Source of the DNA: Glaucostegus cemiculus
Lineage: Eukaryota
DNA: 64,000 nucleotides
Assembly (NCBI GenBank): GCA_976551045.1
Contig: CDPCPM010000029.1
Span: 6,944,001-7,008,000 of the forward strand
Direction of reading: 5' to 3'
Below the pieces are notes generated by a model, which was not told the DNA's origin, made no database searches, and was given only the letters and a program-made list of their open reading frames with translations. This document shows, one piece after another, positions 37,301 to 50,060 of this stretch. Within the stretch, counting starts at the first letter, position 1. Each line of letters opens with the position of its first letter. The translations under genes and the position numbers were made by a program.

Positions 37301-37745
37301 AGAGGGCATGTGCTATGAGGAGCGGTTGGACAAACTTGGGTTGTTCTCTCTAGAGCGGCGAAGGCTGAGGAGTGAACTGATAGAGGATTATAAGAGGCAT
37401 AGATAGCTAGTATCCTTTCCCCAGGGTTGAAATGTCTAATACCAGAGGGCATGCATTTAAGGTGATGGGGATAAATTTGAAGGAGATGTGTGGAGCAAGT
37501 TTTTTTACACAGACAGTGGTGGGTGCCTGAGATGCACTGCCTGGGGCAGTGATGGAGGCAAATACAATAGGGGCATTCAAGAAGCTCTTAGACAGGCACA
37601 TGAATGTGAGGGAAATGAAAGGATATGGACATTGTGTAGGCAGAAGGGATAAGTTTAGTTGGGCATTTTATGACTAATGTAATTGGTTCGGCACAACATT
37701 GTGGGCCGAAGGGCCTGTTCCTGTGCTGTACTGTTCTATGTTCAA
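34396..37745. mobile_element. CR1 with 5' inversion: minus segment ~34396-37020, plus 3' segment ~37021-37745
   Basis: Minus ORFs VDVVYMDFSKVFDKVPH and EVLNEYFASVFTKE; the minus segment ends ...aatggcaagact and continues on plus as ttaacagtgttgatgagcagagggatc; ttctatg-type tail. Confidence 0.85.
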
Positions 37746-39124
37746 TGTTCTATAGTGAGATTAGAGAGGGGTTTGTGGATATTCTTGAATATGTCAATAT
37801 TACGAACGAGGTGGTTTTTGGGTGTCCTGAAAAATAATAAGGTGGATTAGTCTCCAGGGTCTGATCGGATCTTTCCGAGGAGAGAGACAAGGAAGGAGAT
37901 GGTTGGGGCTTTGACCGAGATCTTTGTATCCTCATTAGCCATAGTCACGGTCCCAGCAGACTGGAAAATAGCCAATGTTGCCCTTGTTTAAGAAGAGCAA
38001 CAGGGATAATCCAGGAAATTATAGGCCAGTGAGCCTTATCAGTGGAATGAAAATTATTGAATAAGATTCTTAACATTAGAATTTACTCATATTTGGAAAA
38101 GTATCAATTTATTAGAGACAGACTGCTTGTCTCACAAATTTGAGTTTTTAAACTGATAGAGATGATTGTTGAGGGTAGGGCAGTGGATGTTGTCTGTGTG
38201 GACTTTAGTAAATCAAGGTCTCTCAGGGTAGGGTGGTCCAGAAGATTACGTCACATGGGATCTATGGTGAGTTAGCTGGATACAAACTTGGCTTGGGCAT
38301 AGACATTAGAGTATAGTGGTGTAGGTTGTTTTTCCTAACAGGAAAACTGAGACCAGTGGTATTTTGCAAAAATCAGTGCTGGGACCCCTGTTGTTTATAA
38401 TACATAAAAATTATTTGGCTGAAAAAATTGGTGGTTTGGTTAGTAAGTCTGCAGATGACAGAAACATTGCTGGAGTTGTGGATACTGAGGAAGTTTGACA
38501 AAGGATGCAGCATGATATAGATCAATTGGACATTTGGGTGGAGAAATGGTGGATGGGGTTTAATCCAGCCATGAGTGAGATGATGCATTTTGGAAGGTCA
38601 AATGCAAGAGAAAAGTATACAGTAAATGGCAGAACCCTTAGAAGCATTGATCTACAGAGGGATCTTGGGGTGTAAGTCCATAGCTCCCTGTAAATGGGAA
38701 TACAAGTGGATAGGGTGGTAAGGAAGGTATAGAAGATCCTTGTATGACTTAATCATATATTCGGTGCATTGAATATAAACGTTGGTAAGTCATATTGCAG
38801 CTGTATAAAATTTTGGTTAGCTCACATTTGAAGTACTGTGTGCCATTCTGGTCAGCACACTACAGGATATATGTGGAGGCTTTGGAGAAGGTAGAGAACA
38901 GGTTCACCAGAGCAGACACAGTGGGCCAAAGTGACTACTACTTTTTCCTGTTGTTTATGTTCTTATGCAAGCTTCAGCTCATAATGGGACATTTTAAACT
39001 CTGATTCGTACAGATAATAGTTTTAGCTAACAGTTAATAGTTTTGGAATTTTTTAAGAATTAATATTTTAAAATTCTCCTTTGTTATATGGCTTGCCCTG
39101 CTCTCTACCTCCTAATTCAATGTG

Positions 39125-39460
39125 TACAGGGAATCTGAGTTTGAGCCTGACCTTGCATAATATTTATGTGGAGTTGGCATGTTCTCCCTCTGATCATGTT
39201 GGTTTTTGCTGTTTTCTCCCCTCATACCAAAGATAATTTGGTAGGTTAATTGGCTATTGTAAATTGTGCCTTGGTGTTAATGTAGCAAAATAATTTAAAG
39301 GGGTAATTGATGGGGGGGGGGAAGAGAGAGAGAGAGAAAGACTTGCAGAGGTACAAGGAAATGAGGGGGGGATGGGACTGATGGGGTTCCTCTGCTGCTG
39401 CTAGCATGGACCTGATGGGCTGAAAGGCTGCCTTCTGTATCAAAACTGATAGATAAATCT
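39125..39460 (+). mobile_element. Degraded HE1-like SINE
   Basis: gtggagttggcatgttctccc...ggttaattggctattgtaaattg; CR1-like tail gatgggctgaaaggc. Confidence 0.65.
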
Positions 39461-41295
39461 TCATTCTCTCTTTTCACTCCCACTTTAATTTATCTTAATT
39501 TCACTAAGTCTTGTTGATTACAGAGACTTGTCTTTTAGTCCTGACATTCACCACGGTCCCAACTGCCCATCTTTCCTCACAATGTCGTTATCATCTTGCA
39601 CTTATTCTGTGGCAAGGTTTAGCAATCACAAAAGATAATTTTCTCAAAGGGAAATAAAATCAAAAGAAAAATAAATTACCTTTTCATTAATTGGAAAGAG
39701 TAAATATTGGCACTGTGTTCACCAAATATATAAAGTTTGATTAAATAAGCTGGTGTAATAGTTAACCGCTATTGTTTCTTTTTCCTTAATCTCTGAAGCA
39801 GGATAAAGGTAATAAGGAGGCTTAGAAACTATTCTTTCTGAGGACATAAAGATATTGCCAAAGGAAGCTATAACCCCAGGATAGTCCTACAGCATGTTCA
39901 TTAATATACCCTTTTCAAACATGAAACACTGGTGTGCTCTTTGTTGATGCGGTCCCACCGGAGGACTGAACTTTTGCAAGAAATAACCTTTACTATTTTT
40001 CGGTAATATCAGCCTTCCTATTTTTAAAATGGCTTTGTGACTGTTTTGCTATCCCTGCACGTTAAAGACAGTAGAGTGACTTTTACAAAGGTGTTACTTG
40101 CAGCAAAGGTAGACGTAGTCTTCATTGCAAATAGTTGCCATTCAGCTCTTATGGGATGTGTCGTTGCATGAAAGTGGTACTTGCAGAAGCCAGACATACT
40201 TTGAAACACTGTTCTACAAATAAATTCTATTATTGTGAATACTTTCTTACTTAGATTATTTTAATGAATGGTACACTTCTGGTGATGAAGGTTGCATTGT
40301 CTATTCTTAATCTTCAGGATTTGTTCTGTTATTAATTTGTATTGCTATACAGAGAAGCTTGTTTAAACTTTTAAAAATGTAGCAGAGCATTCTTCATTGA
40401 TAGATTGGTGATACAATCCATGCATTCCTTTGGATAATTAAGGTTGCCCTTCCAAGTAGGATTAAAGGAATTGGAGCTTCATGTTAAATGCAAACACTCC
40501 ATACACTCTGGAACGTAATATCACAGTTTGTGTATTAATAGGATTCAAAATTTGTTGAATATTTCACTTTTTTAACAATGTAAAATATCTTAATAGGACA
40601 ACCCTAAATTATCAATAGAACACAATGGGAAACAAGAATTATGGGTTACAGCAAAATTTAATGCAAAGGAGTTGGATTTCACAAAAAGACAATTGTCCAT
40701 TAGAAATAAACACGTTGCTCATTTTCTAAGAAATTCTTTTTTATTTATACCCAAAGGTTCTGAAATTAGATTTATACCCATTTAGTTTGGCTACACATCA
40801 GTACACATTCTTTTTACATTTAATGAGACCTGATTCAACAACTTTTTATATCTCTTTCATAATATCCTAAACACATTCATGGATTGCACCATAAAAAGTT
40901 TTACAAGAAGATGATGCTCTACACTCTGCAATGTAGATATTCTGGCATCTAATTGACTGAGTTGCTTTTTATAGTTTATATGCACATGCATAAATTGTTA
41001 GGTTATAATTACCTGTGAAATAGTTTTTCATTTGAAAGCAGATAAGACCATTTGAGCTGAATACTGTAAAATAATTTAACTTCCTGGAATGTCAATGTGA
41101 GTCATAGTTGTTGTTAATAAATAAATGCACTGCATCTTCATGTATTATAAATTGTTTGAATTTGTTCGTTTTAAATAATAGATGGTTTCTGGTAATTTAT
41201 TTATAAGGATTAAATGTGTCCAGTACTTATGAAAGACAGATTTTTCAAGCATTTGAGCTGCAAATCCTTATTAGTTATGCTTACTTACTATCCCA

Positions 41296-41414
41296 TGCTG
41301 CATCATTAAAGTTCCCAACAATCTGATAATGGATTATTGGAGCTTTATTGTACTCATTTTAATATTTTCTGTCTTTTAACATTTCTGACTTGATGAAACA
41401 TCTTTTGTGCAACT
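41296..41414 (+). repeat. 119 bp direct duplicate of 42856-42974
   Basis: Ungapped match at offset 1560 (ttcccaacaatctgataa...gattattggagctt...ttgatgaaac). Confidence 0.9.
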
Positions 41415-42348
41415 AAACTTGGATTTCTTAAATCTGTTCTATATTTTTTCATACTTGTATAACATGAAGATAGTTCAAATAGTAAAGGATAAAGGTACAA
41501 TGTTGGCTGCATTCAAATATGCTCAGAGGGACTCATTTATTAAAATTGAAAGAGTTTAATTTTATTTCAAAACCTTTGTTCAATATTTAAAGAATGGACT
41601 CTTGATTAATCTGTGTAATTTCTCTTTGGCTTCTTCCTGATGTATTGACAGAAAGAAACTACATAATTCCCTCTCACCAGAAAATGATGCAAGTTGAAGA
41701 TGACAAAGAGTGACAATTGCTTGAGAGTGCCAAGAGTTCACAAAGTGTAAAGTCTCAAAGCAGAAATGAGGCTAATAAAAAACATAACTAAAATAAAATG
41801 TGCCGTTTTCAGTCTATTGAATGATGCTATCAGTGCAACTCATGAGTCAAGAATAAATATAAAATGTTAGCTGTGTTGACAATGACTCCCAAATTGACAC
41901 ATTCTTGTCCATTACAACTTTAAAGTGACGCATGACATGAACAGCATTGGAATTCTGGAATTTTTCACCAGGAAAATAAATTGCAATCACATTATAATGC
42001 CTACAAAATATATTTAATATTGGGGAACATAAATAGCAATGAAGCACATAATTTAGAACCATCATTACAAATAAAATCTTTGAAAAAAATCATGCATACA
42101 CATTGAAATACGGCAGCAATTTAAAAACAATTCTTCCTTTCGTGTGTTTTTGTATTTTGACTTTGAGATTTGTCAACTGTTATTTATCAAACTTTGTAAG
42201 TTGATACAATTTGGATTGTACTAATGAAGTTAAGTATTGCAAGATGTTTCTATCCCTCAGCACTAAAGCACTTCCAAAGCATTGGTATAATTATATTTAA
42301 TTAAAAATTCCAACAATATGAAACAAAGTAGAGCTACAAAATAAGATA

Positions 42349-42910
42349 CAGCTGAATTCTATTAATCCAGCAAGCTTGTGATATGGTGCCGGACTGGTAG
42401 ATTTTCAGGACTATTGGATGTTATTCCGATTAATACTCTATCACAGTTTTAATTACTTTATTTAGATATTCAACAGTGGTATATTTCCCAGTGAGTGCAG
42501 GAAACAGTCTTGTGAGTTTCAAGGGAGCACAGGAATGTGGACGTGTGAGTTTCAAGGGAGCTTGGGAAACAGAACAAGGTGAAGTTCCAGGTGGTATGGC
42601 ATACAGGCCCTGGTAAATTTAAAGGGAGCATGTGAATCAGGGTCCCATATTGTTAAAGGGATCACGGGAACCAGGATCCCAGTGAGTTTAAAGGCGCTGT
42701 GGGAACTGGAGTCCTAGTATGTTAGAGGGAGCGTGGGAGCCAGGGCACTGAGACATTCATGTGAGCTTCCAAACCAGGGCCCTGGAGTGTTAAAGGGAGC
42801 GTGGGGACTAGCGTTTGTGAAAGAGAACACCAAAATCAGCACCAGGTGAACCAGGTGCTGCACCATTGGACTTCCCAACAATCTGATAACAGATTATTGG
42901 AGCTTCACTG
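42349..42910. mobile_element. Tc1/mariner-pogo (Tigger-like) MITE with internal ~32 bp minisatellite
   Basis: TA|cagctgaattctattaatcc ... gattattggagcttcactg|TA imperfect TIRs; degenerate gtgagtttaaagggagcgtgggaaccaggg units at ~42490-42810. Confidence 0.55.
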
Positions 42911-43998
42911 TACTAATTGTAATATTTTCTGTATTTTAACCTTTCTGAATTGATGAAACGTTTTTTAAACAACTGAAGAATAGTTCAGAAAGTTCAGTTC
43001 ATCAAAGAATGCACATTTGTAATTATCAACAATAATCTTTAATTCTACGACTATGCAGGAAGATTTGCCTATAGAAATATAGACAAAAGGATTAATTTCA
43101 GTAGTAGGAAAAGAATGAAATCCCTACCAAAGGAGAATACAAGTATTCATTTCGATGATCAATTGTAACAATCAGTGGTCAACATGGACTTCAAATGGGA
43201 AAGTCTTCTTTGAGCAGCTTCATTGAATTTCTTGAAAAGGTAACTGAGAGGAGACAAGCATCAAGAAGTGGAAATAATTTAACTATGTAGAAGGAATAGT
43301 AAAGATATAGGATAAATAGTGAAGATACAAGGATGAGTAGCATAGAGGGTTAATTTTTGCATGATAATTAACAGTGAAGATGCGTACTCAGTCTTTGGTC
43401 AATTATTACTCAGTCCCTATGAGTGTCTGCAGGAACAGAAACAGGATTATAGATTAGAGATAGGGAGGCCAACGTAAGCTCTCTCCTAGACCTCTTGAAG
43501 GAAAGATTCAGAGACAGTCGGACATTCACTGGAACACGATTAAAAAAGAAGAATAGTGGGAACTGGTCCCACATCAGTGAGTAATCAGGACTGAGATTGT
43601 ACAAGAGCCCCATTTTTACTATAAATGTAGCAGAGACCATCGAGGCCCACTTGTCGACCACCAGTGCAGAAATGGATACAGAGAATCAGCAGTGATACAG
43701 CACCCAATCATGGCAGGTTAACACATTCTATTTCCACAACGCAGCACCCCCAGCCCTTGGTGGAGGCACAAGGCTTGTGATGTCAACACTGATTGATCAC
43801 GAGCCCATCTTCACTTGGATGGTTCCGTGCTGACAAGAGATGATGTTGTAAGATGCTGTACCGTGCCTTGGTTATGCACAAAAATGCCATACTCTGTACA
43901 GTTGGGGAGAATGCAGAAACCACAGTTGATAAACTGCAGGATATAAAGCAGATGATTAAGGACAGCAGAATGTTGGAATTGAGATTTCATGAAGATCA

Positions 43999-44185
43999 GA
44001 AGCAATAAACAATCTGCTGGAGGAACACTGTGGGTTGAGCAGCATCTGTGGGAGGGAAAGAACACTTCGGGCCAAGGAGAGGGTTTCAACCTGAAGCATT
44101 CTTTTCCTCCCACAGATGCTGCCTGACCTACTGAGTTCCTCCAGTGGAGTGTTTGTGACTCCAAATTCCAGCACCTGCTTCCACA
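43999..44185. mobile_element. Short fold-back Penelope-pLTR-derived element
   Basis: ctggaggaacact...gcagcatctgtgggagg pairs with cctcccacagatgctgc...gagttcctccag; aagatca flanks both sides. Confidence 0.75.
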
Positions 44186-44664
44186 AAGATCAACCAGACA
44201 TCCTCTTCTGTGATTAAGTTAGTGATTCAGAAATTGGAATCAACAAGGCAATATCAAAATTTTCAGGAGGGAATAAATTTGGATAAAGAGTCAGTGTTGG
44301 ATACAGTTAATACAGAAAATATTAACAAACATAGAATGGACATTAATTAATAAATATGTGCCATCTATTCTGATCTAATCTGTTCTGATGTGTATAGCTA
44401 ACATTGCTGGCTGAAATTGTCCTGAAACTGAATGATGAAGACTTGTGTGACATAAGGGTGCAAAATACTCTCATCCTCTGACTAGGGTGGATAAGAGCAC
44501 ACCCTGTCCACTAAAAGCTGCTGAGAGACTGCCTGTAAGCCTGTCAATACAGGCCACCCCAGCTAACAAACAGGTTCTGTTTTCAAAGACGTTGATAAGT
44601 CAATCTTGTTCGTAAGTTGAAAAATGCACAATAATAACCCAATATGGTAACTATGCCATATAAT

Positions 44665-45022
44665 CAAATACCCCACCCACCGGGTCATTCTCTCTTTTCT
44701 CCTCTCCCATCAGGCAGAAGATACAGGACCCTGAGGGCACATACCACCAGGCTCAAGGACAGCTTCTATCCCATGGTGATAAAATTATTGAATGTTTCCT
44801 TTATACGATGACATGGACTCTTGAACTCACAATCTACTCTGTTTGACCATGCACCTTATTGTCTACCTGCAATGTACTTCCCTGTAGCTGGGATACTTTA
44901 CTCTGTATTCTGTTATTGTTTTACTATCTCAATGCACTGTGTAATGAATTGATCTGTACGAATGGTATGCAAGGCAAGTTTTTCCACTGTACATTGATAC
45001 AAGTGACAATAATAAACCAATA
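44665..45022 (+). mobile_element. Rex1/Babar-type LINE 3' end
   Basis: ctcccatcaggcagaagatac (LPSGRRY), accaccaggctcaaggacagcttc (TTRLKDSF); tail gtgacaataataaaccaata. Confidence 0.8.
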
Positions 45023-45309
45023 CGTGGAGAGAGAGAGAAAACTAGTTCTGCCGTTTGAAGGAATGAATGTATGTATGAACGTCAGACTTTTGAGTTTAAT
45101 AATATCATGGGAGCTTGTCTGTATAAATGGGGTGTTCTTAAGCTGGGTGTTCATAACCTGGAGACAGCCTGTACTCTGGATAACTCTGGTATTAAAGCAA
45201 ATATTTGAAAACATAAATCTGAAATGCATAACTTAAAAAATGTAATTCAGTAATCTCCTTTTAATAATGAAAAACAATAAAACAAATGAAATATAATTTG
45301 AAAGTTTAA

Positions 45310-45620
45310 CTCAGCTTTCCCATGGTAGGAGTATCAAAAACAATAGCATTGGTTTAAGATGAGAGAAAGCAGTCTTAAAGGGGATTGGATTGGAGGTGTA
45401 AGTTTTTATATGGAGAGCAGCTGATGTCTGGAATGTGCTGCAGAGGAGGTGGTGTAATCAGTTGCAATTACTGTGTTTAAGAGACATTTAGGCAAACACA
45501 AATAGGCAAGGTTTAGAAGAATATGATCCTAATGTCAGAAAATGGGATTAGTGTCGACGGGCAAAAAAGTTGTCATGAATATTGTGGGCTGAAGGGCCTG
45601 TTTTTTGCGCTGAGTGACTC
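45310..45620 (+). mobile_element. CR1 3' tail, degraded
   Basis: ctggaatgtgctgcagaggaggtgg...tgtgggctgaagggcctg. Confidence 0.75.
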
Positions 45621-48192
45621 AACAACTTCTTCCCTCCCTCCTTTCTTTCTTGCAGTCATACCACTCAAAGGAATGAGTCATGGCTCAGGCAATTGTACTG
45701 TGAACGAATTTCTTGGTGTGAATGCAGGCAACCCAGGCATTACAGAGGAGGTGGCTTGCGTCCCTAGAAAATGGTTTGTGTCGTGATGTTCCATAACGCA
45801 GCCATGTCATCTGCACATGCATCAAGAAATGTTGAGAAAAGTTAAATTTTGTGCTTATTTATTAATTTTTTCATATTAATTACATTTGAGTATATTCACT
45901 CTAATGTGGTTAATATAAAAAAACTAAATCTCAAATTTTTGGGTAGTGATTTGTGAATTCTGTTAAGGGCAAATTTCCATTCCCCAAATACCTGTAATGC
46001 AGAGATTGCCTGTACAGAAAATCTGATTAGGCTATTGACTCCACCATTGTGAGGATGGGAGAGTGGCTAAAAAATTGCCAGGAAATCAAATCAGGAATTC
46101 AGAAGTAACCTCTTTTCCCAGAGAGTTTTGAGAATTTGGAAGATTAGATAAGCAAACAGGCAAGAAGGTAATAGGAGGTTACGCTAATACAATCAGATGA
46201 GAAAGTTGGGAGGAGGCTGGAGTGGAGCAGAAATACTGGCATTGAGAAGTTGGGTTTACAGCCGATATCTGTACTGTACAATGTATATAAAGATTGCAAA
46301 ATCTTCAATGGAAAACTTCATCAAAATATTATTTTGCAGTGTTTTCTACAATTGATTCATAATTATCCACAACTATTTATGGAGTTACTCACTTTATCAG
46401 ACACCCTTTGAGGTAAATCGTTTTCTAAAAAAAATTGCATTACTTCCTTCCTTATTTGTGCTATATATTAGATCTCTTGAAACAAGGTGCAGCCGGTGGC
46501 AACTTGTTAATAAAACAAGTGTCTCACAAATTTAATCCTGCTTGTAACATGGGGCATAAAACATAGTTGCAAAACATGTTCTAGTGCATAAGTGAGGCCT
46601 AAGAAATCCTCCAGCAGTCCTGCTTCAGAAAATGGCTGAACATTAGAACTTCAGGATAAAGGATAGTGTGGCAAGTAATGGTATTTTCCATTAGGGAATT
46701 CCAGGACTGTCAATGAATCTTCCAACCTGACTAACTCAAAATGATATGTTGGCATTGCAGATACTCTTGTATTTCTGGCACTGAAACAAAATGCTACCTT
46801 CTTTTAAAGTTTAACACCCAAATGCTTGGATGTTGAGGCTTTGTAACCAAATTAAAGTAAACTTCTGTTCAAAAATCTCAACAGATTCCTTTGTTTTGTA
46901 TCAAATGTTTCCTGAAATGAGTCTAAGATTAAATAATTTCTAGAGTTTTTTTGGCAATGCCATCCCAGTCCCCGAGTCCCAGCCCCATCACAAGCCAAGC
47001 AAACCAGCTCTTGGAGTTGCTGTTTGAACAGACTGGCATCTTGCTTAGTCAGAAGAATGATTTTGGAAGAGATCCAATGTCAGCAGTGGGCTTCATTATA
47101 AGCACATAGACCTTCTGCTTTCAGTGCAGAGGTTGACCACACATGTGATCTTTGTCCCTTGCCTTTCAGAAACTGTTGTTGCATGTGACCTTTCCCATTT
47201 TTACAACTGATCACTAGAGTGGTCTATCTTCATGCTCAGTATTCATCATTAATACTTTGGGAAGGAATTTTCAAGCCTCAGATTGTTGAGAGATATAAAA
47301 ACTACCAAAAATTAAAACAATGTCCAGCTTATGAACCCAGAGGTACTTTTGCTATGTTGATGGTACATACCGTGTACTTCACAGTATCATGTGCTTCTGA
47401 AGAGAGACAAACTCCTCATAGCACCTAGTTCCTGAGAAATTCATTTTTTGCCATTCTGCTGCATTGTAGTTCCTGTTGACTTCACGTACAGGTAGAACCA
47501 TAGGTGTTTATAAGCCAGAAATTTATTCAGTCCAATGAGTCTGCATTGATTCACTGTGAAAGCAATCCATTCTTAATCATACTGCCTTCATTTCCCTCTG
47601 CTTCACCTGTTTGCTGTCTCGCATCAAACTTAGCAACCATATTCATGACCTGAGTCTCCTTAACTGTGTTCCTTGGTCACTTCCCTGCAGCCTTACTTTG
47701 TGCAGAAAGTCCGGAAAAAGTTGACAGCTACAGCTCCAGGCTGAGATCCTTCCAAAAAAGACACAATCATTACAGTTGTGAATGAGCAAATGGTCTCAGG
47801 TCAGCATTACTTCTTCAGAGTGAGTATTATTGTTAAGCTGCCTGTTTACAACACCTACTTGGTTTAGCTCTGCCTTGCATGAGTAAAATTCTGAGTATTT
47901 GCAGAACTCCTTTGCCAGCAGTTAAAAATGCTTAGACACACAAAGCACCACATGAACATTTCAATCAATGTCATGCTTGTTTCAGAAGTGCCTAACAATT
48001 CCATCTGACATTGAACTTCATTTTACACTCTCCTTAGTACCATACTGAAGCAATGAGAACCTCCCTTCTCAACAGAGTTTGACATGATCTCTCTCTGGAA
48101 TGAGATCAAGCCCTATTTCCCAGGTCTCCACTGAACGCTTTGTGTTAGGTCAAAGTGGAAACCAGTCTGAAGTAATACAATGTTATATTGCT

Positions 48193-48650
48193 ATTGATAT
48201 TGGTTTATTTTTGTCACATGTACCGAATACAGTGAAAATCGTTTGCTTGCATACCATCCAGGCAGATCATTCCATACATAAATACATTGAGGTAGTAAAA
48301 TGGGAAACAGAATGTAGAATATAGTGTTGCAGTTGCAGAGAAAGTGCAGTGTAGGTAGACAAATGAAGTACAAGGACCACAACAAGGCAGAGTGGGAGAT
48401 CAAGAGTTTATCACTAAATGTATGAATGTTAAACGCTCATGAGTCAAACAGTGGAAAATAAGCTGTCCTTGAGTCTGGTGGTATGTGCTCAAGCTTTTGT
48501 ATTTTCTGCCCAACAGGAGAGGGGAGAAGAAAGAATCACTGGGGTAGGAGAGGTCCTTGATTACGTTGGCTGCTTTCCTGAGGCAGCGGGAAGTGTATAT
48601 GGAGTCAATGGAGGCAAGGCTAGTTTGCACAATGGACTGGACTGCAAGTT
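48193..48650 (-). mobile_element. Rex1/Babar-type LINE 3' end
   Basis: ORF 48400-48708 SIDSIYTSRCLRKAANVIKDLSYP; attggtttatt tail. Confidence 0.8.
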
Positions 48651-49559
48651 TGCAGTAACTTTTCTCTGCAGCCTTATAGGTTCTAAAGCCCACAACTGGC
48701 ACAACCATTCCTCAGTTTATAAGGGTATATATTCCTGGAAAATGCTTTGTTAATGAAATTCTATAACTCAGAAAGCCTTTGCAAAATGTATTATTGGGAA
48801 TTGGATACAGTGTATATCCATGAATGGAGGGTGGTGCACTATTTGTAATAGTGAAAATACATTCCTAAATCCAAAAATTGTACCCCAGCAAATGAATGGC
48901 ATAGTACCAAGAAAAGCCTCCTCTAAACTAATTGAGAAATTACTATTTATTTTTCTGTTTCGACATTGAAGCAATGGCACAATTACAACCACAACATTAC
49001 AGCCACAAAATCCCTAATCAAATGTGCAAAGACAGAAGAATTATTTATTTGAATGTGTGTCTAGTTTGGAGTGTCCTAAGTCTATGCATATTTAGCTGAG
49101 CTAAATGCTCATGCAGCTGGGATATTCCAAACTGGATGCATGGAGCTCTTAAGGCTGCTTCTATAAATGTTGTTACTCATCTAGATAGGACATCAGTATG
49201 TGAACTTTGGATTCAAGGATTATTTATTTCTAGTATATGGTCTGACTTCCACTTGAATTAAAAACAATCAACCTGAAAATTCAGTTGCGTGACACTGCTT
49301 TTCTCAGTTCCATGCACATGAAATCTGATGCTTCCTGGAGAAAGACACAAATTGCTGTCTTCTGGTTGGAATTGCACTACCTCAGATGTTTGACTGTGCA
49401 CTTCCTGTTATGAATCACTTGCATTAGTTCAGTCATTTCAGTGTAGGGACAGCAGCTTACAATGTCACTTCACATGCAATGCATACTTGGAGTTCTGCTG
49501 GGAGAAATCTGATCACCTTGTTCTGAAGTGAACACTCTCAGTCCAGCCAGGATTTAATT

Positions 49560-49715
49560 GTAAATCAAAAAATCTGCAGCTGCTGGAATCACCTTTCTTT
49601 CGCAGTTTTGATGAAGGAGTCTCGGACCTGAAATGTTAACTGTTCCTCTTCCTACAGAGATGCTGCCTGGCTGGCAGAGTTTTCCCAGCAATTTCAGGTT
49701 TTAATTGTACTGCAT
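49560..49715 (+). mobile_element. Penelope-pLTR-derived mini-element with hammerhead motif
   Basis: aatctgcagctgctggaatc ... agatgctgcctggctggcagagttttcccagca. Confidence 0.7.
49603..49642 (+). ncRNA. Near-canonical minimal type I hammerhead motif
   Basis: CAGTT-TTGATGA-AGGAGTC tcg GACCT-GAAA-T-GTT-AACTG: 5 bp helix I, helix II; C3>U and C15.2>U changes. Confidence 0.6.
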
Positions 49716-49809
49716 CTGCAAGAATGTGGTTTAAAGGAGGCTTCACTGGGCAGGTCTCAGCCCAGTGCTGGAAACCCAACTCAGGTTATAAATCTACTGA
49801 CTCCCCTCC

Positions 49810-50060
49810 CCCTTATACAATGAGATGGACTCTGACCTCATGATCTACCTTGTTGTGACCTTGCACTTTATTGCACTCCTCTTTCTCTGTAGCTGTGACA
49901 CTTTACTCAGTACTGTTATTGTTTTTACCTGTACTACATCAATGCACTCTGTACTAACCCAATGTAACTGCACTGTGAAATGAATTGACCTGTACGATCG
50001 GTATGCAAGACAAGTTTTTCACTTTACCTCAGTACAAGTGACAATAATAAACAAATACCT
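49810..50060 (+). mobile_element. Rex1/Babar-type 3'UTR remnant
   Basis: Matches 44800-45022 (gatggactc...gtacaagtgacaataataaac). Confidence 0.75.

Larger units (their letters stand above)
32776..38912 (+). mobile_element. Older CR1 ORF2 (APE plus RT) interrupted by a SINE and a younger CR1
   Basis: APE motifs LKCIYFNARSI...DVVAITET and VVGDINFP; gtattcaccaaggagaag at ~34397 resumes as tagtgagattagagagggg at ~37753; RT and C-terminal motifs to ~38912. Confidence 0.85.

Noticed and set aside
42490-42810. ~32 bp periodic repeats as a CRISPR-like array
   Set aside because: Degenerate head-to-tail units with no unique spacers, in vertebrate DNA.
47691-47819. Plus-strand exon-like segment (ttccctgcag...gtgagt)
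   Set aside because: Stops in all three frames; no support as coding.
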